DNA of 64,000 bases from an uncultured delta proteobacterium (GCA_963845145.1 CAWJQU010000005.1:96001-160000), one strand, 5' to 3'; counted from the first letter of the stretch, positions 41,666 to 52,550 are shown. Notes: a model not told the origin generated them from the letters alone. A program made the numbers and translations.

Positions 41666-43089
41666 TTGTTCCAGTTATTCTTTGCGGTGGTTCCGGTACA
41701 CGACTCTGGCCGCTGTCACGTCAACAGCACCCCAAACAATTTCTGCCGCTGGTCGATGAGCAGACGCTTTTACAAAATACGGTTAACCGATTGGATGGGC
41801 TTGAATCCCTGGCACCTCCCATCGTTTTATGCAATGAAAACCATCGCTTCATTGTGGCGGAACAGCTTAACCGCATCCATCGTCCCCCCGCCGACATCAT
41901 TTTAGAACCCGTGGGCCGAAATACAGCACCGGCTGTGGCCATCGCCGCTTTAACCGCTCAAAACAGATGGGAAAATCCCATCCTTCTCGTTCTGCCGGCC
42001 GATCACCATATCCGTGATGTCAAGGCCTTTCATGCCGCCCTTGCCAATGCTACCCGTCTTGCCCGGAAGGGCCACCTGGTCACATTTGGCATTGTCCCCT
42101 CATCTCCGGAAACCGGATATGGCTATATCCGTAAAGGGCAACCCATGAACACCGCTTCGGGTCAAGCCGAAAATGGCGCCTATCGAATCGCCGGATTCGT
42201 AGAAAAACCTGATTTAGAGACCGCAACACACTATGTGGAATCGGGAGATTATTGCTGGAATAGCGGGATGTTCATGTTTACGGCGGACATGATCCTGGCG
42301 GAGATGGATCGTTTTTCACCGAAAATCACCACCGCTTGTCGTCAGGCGCACATGAAAGGCCGCCGCGACCTTGATTTCTTTCGGCTGGATAGCGAAGCCT
42401 TTGCCGCCTGTCCCGGCAATTCCATCGATTATGCCGTGATGGAACATACCCAAAAAGGGGCTATGATTCCTTTGGATGCGGGATGGAACGATCTGGGGTC
42501 CTGGCGTTCCTTATGGCAGGAGGCGAAAAAAGATACCGATGGCAACCTGATTTCCGGTGATATCGTCGTCCACGATGTCAAGGAGAGTTATTTGCGGGCC
42601 TCCCACCGGTTATTGGCCGCAGTCGGCCTGAATCGGCTGGTCGTGGTGGAAACATCCGATGCTGTCTTCGTTGCGCCGCGTGACCGCGCCCAAGAAGTAA
42701 AAAAAATTGTCACCCAACTAAAAGCCGGCCATCGCCGGGAAACCCGTACCCATCGTCGCACCTATCATTTGTGGGGCTCTGCCGAAGCAGTTACCGAAGG
42801 AGATCAATACCAGGTAAGACGTATCGCACTTAATGCCGGCGCCCATGTATCCTATCAAAAACACCAACACCGGGCCGAGCATTGGGTCGTTGTCCGCGGC
42901 CGGGCCCAGGTGATGAAGGGCGAGGAAACCGTCACCCTCGAGGAAAATGAGTCAATTTTTATCCCTCCCGGTATCTATCACCAGCTGGAAAACCCCGGCC
43001 CGAATCTTCTTGAAGTGATTGAAATAAGGACCGGTCCTTATCTTCAGGAAGATGACATCATTCGTCCGACGGATTCTGCAGACAGATAA
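41662..43089 (+). CDS. manC: Mannose-1-phosphate guanylyltransferase / mannose-6-phosphate isomerase
   Basis: GGSGTRLWPLSR, EPVGRNTAPA, ETGYGYI, FVEKP, SIDYAVME and a C-terminal cupin (HQHRAEHW). Confidence 0.95.
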   Translation: MIVPVILCGGSGTRLWPLSRQQHPKQFLPLVDEQTLLQNTVNRLDGLESLAPPIVLCNENHRFIVAEQLNRIHRPPADIILEPVGRNTAPAVAIAALTAQNRWENPILLVLPADHHIRDVKAFHAALANATRLARKGHLVTFGIVPSSPETGYGYIRKGQPMNTASGQAENGAYRIAGFVEKPDLETATHYVESGDYCWNSGMFMFTADMILAEMDRFSPKITTACRQAHMKGRRDLDFFRLDSEAFAACPGNSIDYAVMEHTQKGAMIPLDAGWNDLGSWRSLWQEAKKDTDGNLISGDIVVHDVKESYLRASHRLLAAVGLNRLVVVETSDAVFVAPRDRAQEVKKIVTQLKAGHRRETRTHRRTYHLWGSAEAVTEGDQYQVRRIALNAGAHVSYQKHQHRAEHWVVVRGRAQVMKGEETVTLEENESIFIPPGIYHQLENPGPNLLEVIEIRTGPYLQEDDIIRPTDSADR

Positions 43090-43383
43090 TCATCAGCTTT
43101 TACGCCGAAGAGTGCCCATTCTAAATACCGCCATTTGTCTTGTAATTCCCAGCGGCAGACACGACTATTTACCAATGAAGTAAAATCTGATAGGGTGCGC
43201 GCTCTCTTTATTTTTGGATTTCTCCCCACACGATACGGAAAGTGACGATCACATCATTTCAGATTGAAATGACACCGCCGCTGATGACGCTTGGTTTTTC
43301 GGGAGCGATTTAAAAAAGCGTCGACCCCTTGTGGTTTAGACCCAGTGGATCAGACCCATAAATTTTGAAACGAGGATAATAAC

Positions 43384-44514
43384 ATGTGCCGTCTGTTCGC
43401 CATTACGAGCGAGGACCCCATTTCGCCGATGGTCGCCGTGAACGCCCTGGATATTATGCGGGAAGGTCACGATGGATCCGGTGTGGGACTCTTTTTACGA
43501 GATTTGGGTGGCCCTTTTGAGGAGATTAAAGATGCCCCGATTCTGTCGGGCATTTTTACCGATAGCGGCCTCAAAAGGCTGGATATGTATATGATGGAAC
43601 TCGGGTTCATGACCAAGTATAAGATATCCATTAAGGTCCCTAAAACCGCGCCACCGGGCGTCCCCAAAAGGGATTTTTATCTGGTCCGGGCCTATGAATA
43701 TCCGGAAGAGTGGGAAAATTATTCCCAAGAGACCCTATATGATCGCCTATTAGATATCCGCCTGACCCTACGCCGGATGGGACAGGAAAAAGACGATATG
43801 ATCGTTTTTTCTTTCTGGCCGGATGTGATCATGATTAAGGAAATCGGGGATCCCATGCGCGTGGCCGAATATCTCAACCTGGACCGAAACGAGCTAAAAG
43901 CACGCGTCATCATGGCCCAGGGTCGCCAAAACACCAATTATGCCATTAACCTGTACGCCTGCCACCCGTTTTTTTTGCAGGGTTTCGCTACCATGACCAA
44001 TGGCGAAAACACTGCTTTTATCCCCATTAAGGATTATTTGCTGTCACGCGACTTTCCAGGGTACACCGGTTACCAATCGGACTCGGAAGTGTTCACCCAC
44101 ATTTTGCACTACACCATGAAAACCCTCGGGCTGGGTATCGAGTCCTATAAACATGTCATCACACCATTAAAAGATGAAGATTTGAATCATCATCCCGATG
44201 CCGAGTTTCTGGGCCACCTGAAGCAAACCTGTCGCCCACTCATCATCGATGGCCCCAATTGCGTTATCGGTTGTCTGACCGACCATTCCGTGTTCATGGT
44301 TCAGGACCGGAAAAAACTTCGCCCGGGTGTCGTCGGCGGTCGACCGGGCCTATTCGCATTTTCATCGGAGATTTGCGGTCTGGATGCCGCTATCCCGGAT
44401 CGGGATAAATCTCGTGATTTTCAACCCATGCATCTGGATACGGTGTTCATTGGACCTGATCGCCGGGAGATACAATTATGCCGTCAAACCGAAAAATTAC
44501 CCCTTCTACACTAA
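43384..44514 (+). CDS. Split glutamate synthase, amidotransferase (Ntn) subunit
   Basis: MCRL (Cys2 nucleophile), RQNTN, HPF, NGE, SDSE and DRKKLRP. Confidence 0.85.
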   Translation: MCRLFAITSEDPISPMVAVNALDIMREGHDGSGVGLFLRDLGGPFEEIKDAPILSGIFTDSGLKRLDMYMMELGFMTKYKISIKVPKTAPPGVPKRDFYLVRAYEYPEEWENYSQETLYDRLLDIRLTLRRMGQEKDDMIVFSFWPDVIMIKEIGDPMRVAEYLNLDRNELKARVIMAQGRQNTNYAINLYACHPFFLQGFATMTNGENTAFIPIKDYLLSRDFPGYTGYQSDSEVFTHILHYTMKTLGLGIESYKHVITPLKDEDLNHHPDAEFLGHLKQTCRPLIIDGPNCVIGCLTDHSVFMVQDRKKLRPGVVGGRPGLFAFSSEICGLDAAIPDRDKSRDFQPMHLDTVFIGPDRREIQLCRQTEKLPLLH

Positions 44515-46112
44515 GCGTTAAAGACCTGCCCTGGCAAATTGTCTGGAGTAAGGAAAAATGCACGCTGTGTGGTCAATGCACGGCGGTATGTCCGGTTCAA
44601 GCCATTGAGCCGGCCGTTTTTCGCAAGCGAAACATCACCGCCGCATTAAATACGGAAACCAATATTTCCGATGAGCATACCGTCTACTATGGGATTCGCC
44701 AAAAAACCGACCCAGCCTACGCCTGTGTGGGGTGCGCCTCCTGCCAAATGGTCTGTCCCAATGATGCCATTATACCCATGCACGGAGACGAGGCCGACAA
44801 ATTACGGTTTCATATCAATCGCGGTGGTCAACCCCGACGCCGCGGCGGTCGACGTAATGACCCGGGAAGCTTTCTGGATCGCATCAAATTCATTCGAATT
44901 TCCATGCTGACGGACCCGGCCCTGGATGCAGGGCGCCATGAGTTTGAACTTCGAACTTTGCTGGGGCGGGTGCTGCCCCCGGAAACAAACCTGGCCTTTC
45001 TTCGGGAAAATGGGTGGATTCCTCCGGTGCGGGAAATTTACCCCCTGATCATCGGTGGGATGTCTTTCGGCGCGCTGTCACCCAACATGTGGGAAGGCCT
45101 TCAACTGGGGGTTGCCTACCTCAATGAGGAACTCAACATGCCGGTGCGTGTTTGCACCGGTGAAGGCGGGTGCCCACCGCGCCTTTTGCGGTCCCGTTTC
45201 TTAAAATATGTTATTTTACAAATCGCCAGCGGCTATTTCGGATGGGATGAAATTATTCACGCCCTGCCCCATATGAAGGAAGACCCGTGCGCCATTGAAA
45301 TCAAATATGGCCAGGGGGCCAAACCCGGTGACGGGGGGCTCCTTATGTGGCACAAGGTCAACCAGCTTATTGCCGCCATTCGCGGTGTGCCCCAGGGGAT
45401 CAGTCTCCCCAGTCCACCGACCCACCAAACGCAATACTCCATTGAGGAGTCGGTGGCCAAAATGATCCAGTCCATGTACATGGCAACCGGGTTCAGGGTG
45501 CCGGTTTATCCCAAAATATCGGCCACATCCACCGCCATGGCGGTCTTAAACAACCTCACTCGGAATCCCTATGCGGCCGGATTGGCCATTGACGGCGAGG
45601 ATGGCGGTACCGGTGCTGCCTACAATGTATCCATGAACCACATGGGCCACCCCATTGCCAGCAACATTCGCGATGCCTATCAAACCCTGGTGAAGGTGGG
45701 AAAACAGAACGAAATCCCCCTTTTTGCCGGTGGCGGCATCGGAAAATCCGGCAATTTGGCCGCCAACGCCGCGGCCTTAATTATGCTTGGGGCCAGCGGC
45801 GTGCAAATCGGTAAATATGTGATGCAGGCCGCTGCCGGCTGTATCGGATCGGAAAATGATCGTTGTAATATTTGTAATCTGGGACTGTGCCCCAAGGGCA
45901 TTACCTCCCAGGATCCCCGCCTCTACCGGCGGCTTGACGTTGACGATGTCGCCCAGCGGGTCGTCGACCTGTTTTTAAGTTTTGACACGGAATTAAAAAA
46001 GATTGTTGCGCCTCTGGGTCGCTCCACGACATTGCCTATCGGCATGTCCGACGCTATCGGCATCGACGATCATGACGCTGCCGAACGGCTTCAAATTCGG
46101 TACGTGGTATAG
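44478..46112 (+). CDS. Split glutamate synthase, FMN-binding subunit with N-terminal 2x[4Fe-4S]
   Basis: Two CxxCxxCxxxCP motifs; GMSFGALS, TGEGG, QIASG, EIKYGQGAKPG, DGEDGGTGAA and CPKGITSQDP. Confidence 0.9.
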   Translation: MPSNRKITPSTLSVKDLPWQIVWSKEKCTLCGQCTAVCPVQAIEPAVFRKRNITAALNTETNISDEHTVYYGIRQKTDPAYACVGCASCQMVCPNDAIIPMHGDEADKLRFHINRGGQPRRRGGRRNDPGSFLDRIKFIRISMLTDPALDAGRHEFELRTLLGRVLPPETNLAFLRENGWIPPVREIYPLIIGGMSFGALSPNMWEGLQLGVAYLNEELNMPVRVCTGEGGCPPRLLRSRFLKYVILQIASGYFGWDEIIHALPHMKEDPCAIEIKYGQGAKPGDGGLLMWHKVNQLIAAIRGVPQGISLPSPPTHQTQYSIEESVAKMIQSMYMATGFRVPVYPKISATSTAMAVLNNLTRNPYAAGLAIDGEDGGTGAAYNVSMNHMGHPIASNIRDAYQTLVKVGKQNEIPLFAGGGIGKSGNLAANAAALIMLGASGVQIGKYVMQAAAGCIGSENDRCNICNLGLCPKGITSQDPRLYRRLDVDDVAQRVVDLFLSFDTELKKIVAPLGRSTTLPIGMSDAIGIDDHDAAERLQIRYVV

Positions 46113-46127
46113 GTTCGGAGTAATAAA

Positions 46128-48458
46128 ATGTCTGATAAACGATCAATCAGTCTTTCCGGAAGGGAAAATGACAATCGAATTGAGACCCGGGTGCTGGAGG
46201 AACGCATCCAAGCCGCCGTGGCCGAGGGCTACCGCCGCTTAAATATCGAGGCCTATGGACAACACGGAATCGGCGGCCGACTGTTTAAAGCCGGCGACGA
46301 TTCGGTTGATATTCGCGTCACGGGGCATCCCGGCCAACGTGTGGGAGCGATGGGCTTTCCCAACACGGCCGTGGAGGTCTTCGGACCGGCATCCGACGAT
46401 GTGGGGTGGTTGAATGCCGGTGCCCGCATCACGATTCACGGTCATGCGGGCAACGGTGTTGCCAATGGCATGGCGCAAGGGAAAATATATATCGAAGGCA
46501 ATATCGGTTCCCGCGGCATGACCATGACCAAACACAACCCCCGTTTCGATCCACCGGAGCTATGGGTCCTGGGCGGCGTCGGCGATTACTTCGGGGAGTT
46601 TATGGCTGGCGGCGTGGCGGTGATCTGTGGCCATGAAGCCCAGAATTCCGATAATATCCTCGGCCATCGTCCTCTCGTCGGCATGGTTGGCGGGCAGGTA
46701 TTTTTTCGAGGCCGCCATGACGGCTTCAGCCAGGTCGATGCAAAACGCGTCCCCATCGAGGATGATGCCTACACCTGGCTTTGTGAAAATTTAAAAACAT
46801 TCCTCGACGCCGTCGGCCGAGGCGAATTATTGGCCACCTTGGCCGAACGTGACCAATGGCAGTTGATCCAATCCCTTAGCCCCATGGAAAAAAAAGGGCG
46901 AGGCCTGCGTTCAATGACCGATTTCAAACGCCATGTCTGGTATCAGGAGCTGGGTGACGGCGGCCTGGTGGGCGATCTGACGGATATAGACCGCAGCCCG
47001 ATTCCCCTCGTACCCACGGGCGATCTTCGACGCTATGTACCGGTATGGGAAAATCGGCGTTACGCCGCCCCTTGCGAGTCCACATGCCCTTCGGGCATTC
47101 CTGTCCAGGAAAGATGGCGATTGATACGGGAAGGCAAGGTGGACGAAGCTGTCGATCTGGCGCTAGCCTACACGCCTTTTCCAGCCAGCGTCTGCGGTTA
47201 TTTGTGTCCCAATCCGTGCATGGCGGCGTGCACCAAACAAACCGCCTTGCTTGAACCGGTGGACGTCTCTCTTCTGGGAAAAGCCAGCATCAATGCCGGT
47301 ACCCCGACGATTCCGCCCCTTGGGGATACCCGCGTCGGTGTGATCGGCGGTGGCCCGGCAGGCATTTCATTGGCCTGGCAACTTCGATTAAAAGGCCATG
47401 ATGTCGTCGTATATGACAACGCCCCCCAACTGGGCGGCAAAATCACAGGCGCCATTCCAAATTCAAGAATCCCTGAAGAGATCGTTGATAAAGAACTGGC
47501 GCGCATCCGCGAGGTGATCAACCACACCCAGATGGCGCGCGATATTGATACGAACACATTTGCCCAAATCCGGTCTGAATTCGATTTTACCGTTATTGCC
47601 GTCGGCGCTACGAATCCCCGCACGCTTCCCATTCCGGGCAATGAACGCTTAACACCGGCGCTGGATTTTCTCTCCAGGGCCAAAACCGGCATGGCCGCCG
47701 TGGGCAAACGTGTTGTCATTATCGGAGCCGGGAATGTCGGGTGTGACGTGGCCTCCGTGGCGCACCGGCTGGGTGCCAAGACTATCACCTTGATCGATAT
47801 TCAAGAACCCGCCTCTTTTGGTAAAGAGCGGGCCGAAGCTGAAAAAGCGGGAGCCACCTTTCAATGGCCCTGCTTTACAAAGGAGATCACTTCGGACGGT
47901 GTGGTTTTGGCTTCGGGAGAAGTCATTCCGGCGGATACGGTGTTTATTTCCATCGGTGATGCGCCGGATATCGGTTTTGTTCCCGACGATATTCAAACCC
48001 AATCCGGATTCGTGGTAACCAATGAATACGGCCGCACCAGCGCCCCCGATGTGTTTGCCATCGGAGATGTGGTCAAACCCGGCCTGTTGACCGATGCCAT
48101 CGGGGCCGGTCGACGCACGGCCGAGGCCATCAATGATATCGCCGCAGGCCGACGGCCGGCGGGAACCCTGCGTCAGGTGATCGATACGAGCCGAATGACC
48201 TTGGAATACTTCGATCCTCGCATCACCGAATATGCCGATGCAGATGAATGTGGTGCCCAGTGTTCTTCCTGCGGCACCTGCCGTGATTGTGAGATCTGTA
48301 TTTCCCTGTGCCCCCAGGCAGCCATCGGCCGTTTTGAAGACGAGATCAACGATTTTGAATATCGCGTTGATGCCGACCGATGCATCGGGTGCGGATTTTG
48401 TGCGGCTGTTTGCCCTTGCGGCATATGGGATCTGGTTGCAAATGATCCCATAGTGTAA
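46128..48458 (+). CDS. Split glutamate synthase, GXGXG domain fused to GltD-like FAD oxidoreductase and ferredoxin
   Basis: GDYFGEFMAGG; APCESTCP...VCGYLCPNPC; GGGPAG; GAGNVG; VFAIGD; two C-terminal 4Fe-4S motifs. Confidence 0.88.
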   Translation: MSDKRSISLSGRENDNRIETRVLEERIQAAVAEGYRRLNIEAYGQHGIGGRLFKAGDDSVDIRVTGHPGQRVGAMGFPNTAVEVFGPASDDVGWLNAGARITIHGHAGNGVANGMAQGKIYIEGNIGSRGMTMTKHNPRFDPPELWVLGGVGDYFGEFMAGGVAVICGHEAQNSDNILGHRPLVGMVGGQVFFRGRHDGFSQVDAKRVPIEDDAYTWLCENLKTFLDAVGRGELLATLAERDQWQLIQSLSPMEKKGRGLRSMTDFKRHVWYQELGDGGLVGDLTDIDRSPIPLVPTGDLRRYVPVWENRRYAAPCESTCPSGIPVQERWRLIREGKVDEAVDLALAYTPFPASVCGYLCPNPCMAACTKQTALLEPVDVSLLGKASINAGTPTIPPLGDTRVGVIGGGPAGISLAWQLRLKGHDVVVYDNAPQLGGKITGAIPNSRIPEEIVDKELARIREVINHTQMARDIDTNTFAQIRSEFDFTVIAVGATNPRTLPIPGNERLTPALDFLSRAKTGMAAVGKRVVIIGAGNVGCDVASVAHRLGAKTITLIDIQEPASFGKERAEAEKAGATFQWPCFTKEITSDGVVLASGEVIPADTVFISIGDAPDIGFVPDDIQTQSGFVVTNEYGRTSAPDVFAIGDVVKPGLLTDAIGAGRRTAEAINDIAAGRRPAGTLRQVIDTSRMTLEYFDPRITEYADADECGAQCSSCGTCRDCEICISLCPQAAIGRFEDEINDFEYRVDADRCIGCGFCAAVCPCGIWDLVANDPIV

Positions 48459-48550
48459 ACGTGTCGTATAAACATGGTATAAATACCTAATTTATGATGG
48501 ACTCGTAAAAAACCATCTAAGGCGAAAGAACCTATGGGAGAAAGGCAACC

Positions 48551-50050
48551 ATGGAAAAGGACGGGATAGATATCAACCCGATAGAGACGACACCCCACGG
48601 CATTAACCCATCGGATGAGCTGCCGATGGAACATTCGCTTAAGACCGGCACTGAACGACCCAGGGATGCCTGCGGTCTGTTTGGTATCTATGACCATGCC
48701 GAGGCCGCCCGCATGGCCTATTTCGGTCTTTACGCCCTTCAACACCGGGGACAGGAAAGTGCCGGGATCGCGACCGTCCAGAATGAGCAGGTTGTCGGCC
48801 ATATGGGTATGGGATTGGTCCACGATGTTTTTGATGATACCCAGTTGGACCGGTTAAAGGGGTCAAGCGCCGTCGGGCATGTCCGCTACTCCACGACCGG
48901 GTCTTCTGTCCTGCTCAATGCCCAGCCGTTTGTCGTCCATCACCGCAAACGCTCCTACGCCGTTGCCCATAACGGCAATCTGGTCAACGCCCACCACCTG
49001 AAACAGGAGTTGGAAGAAGCCGGATCAATCTTTCAAACCACCATCGACAGCGAGGTTTTTCTTCACCTGTTTGTCAAAAGCATCCACCTTGGGTTTGAAG
49101 AAGCGCTGATTACAACAGTCAAACGTTTAAAAGGGGCTTTTTCCATGGTGATGCTCACCAGCGAGGGGGAAATCGTCGGCATCAAGGACCCACTCAGTTT
49201 CCGACCGCTTTGTCTGGGTAAATTAAACGGTAGCTATGTCCTGGCGTCGGAGACATGTGCCTTGGATCTGGTTGAGGCCGAGCTGGTGCGGGAGCTGGAT
49301 CCCGGAGAGATCGTTATTATCGGAAAAAACGGTGTGCGCAGTATCCAGACAATAGAGGCGCCGGAACGCGCCTTTTGCATTTTTGAGTTTATCTATTTTG
49401 CCCGCCCGGATAGTACCTTTTTTGGAAAAAACGTCTATCAGATCCGTAAAGCCCATGGCCGCCGCCTGGCCCACGAAGCGCCGGTGGATGCCGACCTGGT
49501 GATGCCTTTTCCCGATTCAGGGACGTATGCCGCCTTGGGATATGCCGAAACCGCAGGTATTCCCTTTGAGATGGCCATGATACGCAACCACTACGTGGGC
49601 CGTACCTTTATCCAGCCGACCCAGACCATGCGCGACTTCGCTGTACGGATTAAGCTCAATCCGGTTAAAAGCCTGCTTAAAGGCAAAGAGATTATTATTA
49701 TTGAGGATTCTATTATTCGGGGCACCACCGTAAAAACGCGCGTAAAGGCATTACGTGCGCTGGGTGTAAAAAAGATCCATATGCGGGTGAGTGGTCCCCC
49801 CCATCGTTTTCCATGCCATTACGGCATTGATTTTTCCACCCGTGGGGAGTTGATTGCCAGCAAAATGTCTGTTGAGGCGCTCGCTGAATACCTGGGGCTC
49901 GACTCCCTCTACTACCTGAGCCTTGATGGCCTGCTTGAATCCACGGAAATGCAGGACCCTCAAAAAACGTTTTGCAAAGCCTGTTTTGATGGGTGTTACC
50001 CGGTCGATTTTGACGAAGACCTCTCGAAATTCTGCATGGGAAGGCGGTAG
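48551..50050 (+). CDS. purF: Amidophosphoribosyltransferase (Fe-S, propeptide type; start uncertain)
   Basis: DACGLFG, LQHRGQESAG, GHVRYSTTG, CIFEFIYFARPDS, EDSIIRGTT and CKACFDG.YP. Confidence 0.96.
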   Translation: MEKDGIDINPIETTPHGINPSDELPMEHSLKTGTERPRDACGLFGIYDHAEAARMAYFGLYALQHRGQESAGIATVQNEQVVGHMGMGLVHDVFDDTQLDRLKGSSAVGHVRYSTTGSSVLLNAQPFVVHHRKRSYAVAHNGNLVNAHHLKQELEEAGSIFQTTIDSEVFLHLFVKSIHLGFEEALITTVKRLKGAFSMVMLTSEGEIVGIKDPLSFRPLCLGKLNGSYVLASETCALDLVEAELVRELDPGEIVIIGKNGVRSIQTIEAPERAFCIFEFIYFARPDSTFFGKNVYQIRKAHGRRLAHEAPVDADLVMPFPDSGTYAALGYAETAGIPFEMAMIRNHYVGRTFIQPTQTMRDFAVRIKLNPVKSLLKGKEIIIIEDSIIRGTTVKTRVKALRALGVKKIHMRVSGPPHRFPCHYGIDFSTRGELIASKMSVEALAEYLGLDSLYYLSLDGLLESTEMQDPQKTFCKACFDGCYPVDFDEDLSKFCMGRR

Positions 50051-50053
50051 GCG

Positions 50054-51082
50054 TTGACGCTTGTAAAGAAAACGGTGGCGTTTTCAAAAAATGCCGTCAA
50101 TGTTTTTTTTCATATTTTGACCCGTTGCAATCTCAAGTGCCGGCACTGCTATATCAATCCCGAACAGCACGGCAAGGACACCCTCGAAATCGCCTCTATC
50201 CGCTCTTGGCTGGACGCCTTTCTACCGAATAAACGCCCCGTCAATGTCATCTTTTTAGGCGGTGAGCCCACCCTTCACCCGGATCTCGCCGAGGCGATTC
50301 GCCATGCCCGCTACCGGGGCTGCGCTTCAGTCACGGTCGACACCAACGGGTATTTGTTTAATGACTTTCTGTCAAAAGTGACCCCTGACGAGGTGGATTT
50401 TATCTCCTTTAGTCTGGATGGCGCCACGGCCGAAACCAACGACCCGATTCGCGGGAAGGGTTCATTTACCGCCTGTACCCGGGGGATTCGTCAAGCCGTG
50501 GCCCATGGGTTTGCCGTCAGCCTCATATTTACCGTAAGCCAGGCCAACCTCTCCGATCTGGACCGCATGGTCCCATTGCTGCTGACTTTGGGTGTCCAAC
50601 GTTTTTTCATTCAGGTGATCGGCATTCGCGGCCAATCGCATCAAGATGTATTGGAAATGGGACAGGTTTCACAGGCCGAGTGGCAAACCATCGTCCCCAA
50701 GGTCGCCGAAAAAGTTGCCGCACACGGCATCACCGTTACCTATCCCAAAGTATTCTTAGATCCGGGAGAGGCATTTGAATGCGCCGGTAATGTGGCTGAT
50801 AATTATTTCATTTTCCCCAACGGACGGGTTTACCGCTGCCCCTTGTGCGAAGATTATCCCATTCATGCGCTGATGTTTGAAAATAACCGACTGGGCAACA
50901 GGCCGCCCATCAATGAAAATGACCTGTTTTGTCTGGATATTCCCGAAGGATGCGTGATGAACAAACTTGTCCAGCCGGGAAATCTGACCTATGGACCGGA
51001 TGGCAAGCCATTGTATCAGGTTGCCTGCTGTTTGCTTAAAAAAGAGATCGGTCAAAATCGACACTTCACAAATACCCCTTAG
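50054..51082 (+). CDS. Radical SAM protein of unknown function
   Basis: CNLKCRHC, GGEP, TNG and SLDG; Cys-rich C-terminus; TTG start 3 nt after the purF stop. Confidence 0.88.
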   Translation: MTLVKKTVAFSKNAVNVFFHILTRCNLKCRHCYINPEQHGKDTLEIASIRSWLDAFLPNKRPVNVIFLGGEPTLHPDLAEAIRHARYRGCASVTVDTNGYLFNDFLSKVTPDEVDFISFSLDGATAETNDPIRGKGSFTACTRGIRQAVAHGFAVSLIFTVSQANLSDLDRMVPLLLTLGVQRFFIQVIGIRGQSHQDVLEMGQVSQAEWQTIVPKVAEKVAAHGITVTYPKVFLDPGEAFECAGNVADNYFIFPNGRVYRCPLCEDYPIHALMFENNRLGNRPPINENDLFCLDIPEGCVMNKLVQPGNLTYGPDGKPLYQVACCLLKKEIGQNRHFTNTP

Positions 51083-51099
51083 TTATTAAATAGTTATTC

Positions 51100-52550
51100 A
51101 TGACCCATTCTTTTATTTTCAATCGTTATCAGGAAATTATTGACGACGTCTCGGCTTTTGAAAACGCATTGCGTACCCCTGGCCGACGGTCGATTATCGT
51201 CAACCGGTTGCGCATTGAACCGAACCAACTGGCCGGCCTGCTTGCAGCTGACGGTTTTGATATCGAGCCACTGGCTTGGATGTCCGAGGGACTACGCTTG
51301 TCAACGGATGGCACTGGGTTAGGACGCCACTGGACCTATCGGGCAGGCCTGTTTAACATTCAGGAGGCCAGCGCCATGCTACCGGCCCATATTCTATCCC
51401 CCCGGCCGGGAGAGCGGGTTCTCGATCTTTGTGCTGCGCCGGGCAATAAAACCGCCCAATTGGCCATGCTCATGCAAAATACCGGTACGGTGATCGCCAA
51501 TGATCCGGATTATCGACGGCTTCAAGCGGTCCGCATGATGATTGATCGACTGGGGTTGGTGAATGTCAGCACCACTTGCCAGGACGGCACCCACTATCCC
51601 CAGGCCGCCGGGCCATTTGATCACGTGCTGGTCGATGCACCCTGTAGTTGTGAGGGGACCTTTCAAAAGAATCCGAAGGTATTGTCCAATCACACAACCC
51701 CTCGGGAAAAGCTTGCCCGCAAGCAGGCCGCCCTTCTACAGCGAGCCGTAAAGCTATGCCGGCCTGGCGGCCGAATCGTTTACAGCACCTGCACGCTGGC
51801 CCCTGAGGAAAATGAAGCCGTGATCCAGGCCACCTTAAACGATTGGACAAAACAGCTTCGGGTGCTACCCGTACGATTGCCGGGTCTTCATACCGCCCCC
51901 GGCATAACGACCTGGGCGGGTCGAACTTTTTCCCCGAAATGCACCATTGTGTGCGGATCTGGCCGCACCACAACAGCACCGATGGATTTTTCATCGCTCA
52001 TTTAGAAAAAACCGGTGGCAACGACCACACCGCACCGAATCGTGGCCAATCAGGCCAAAGATGGCCGAAAACGACCCAAAAGCCCATTGTAAACCCGGAA
52101 CAATACCTACAATATTTGAACACCCGTTTAGGTATACCGCCCCAGGTTTTTGAACATCTTCATTTGTTGAATAAAAAAGATCGCGATATCTACGTAGTGG
52201 CCGGGGAATATGCCCCGCCTCATAAACCGATCCCATCCATGGGCCTGCCCTTAATGCATATCAGCGGTCGCTTTTATAAACTAACAACCGCCGGGGCCAT
52301 GGTTTTCGGCAGTCATGCCAGCCAAAATATCATCGACGTTTGGCCGGACCAGCTGGACGCTTATCTCTCTCGCCAAACGATCGCGCTAATCCAACGGCAG
52401 GAGAGCCACTGTACGGGCAATGGACATGTCCTTATCCGCCACAAAGGCTACGTTTTAGGTGTTGGGTTTTACCGATCTACCCCACCTACGGTGGAAAGCT
52501 TATACCCCAAGGCCATGGCCTTGCCCATTAGAAGGATCGTGGAAGATTAA
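51100..52550 (+). CDS. rsmF: RsmF/NOL1/NOP2 rRNA m5C methyltransferase (frameshift at C-run 51932-51935)
   Basis: IQEASAM, LDLCAAPGNKT, DAPCSCEG and YSTCTLAPEENE; continues RIWPHHNSTDGFFIA in the next frame. Confidence 0.82.

Noticed and set aside
43090..43383. glnA-type glutamine riboswitch before glutamate synthase
   Set aside because: A partial ACGGAA resemblance only; the flanking conserved elements were not found.
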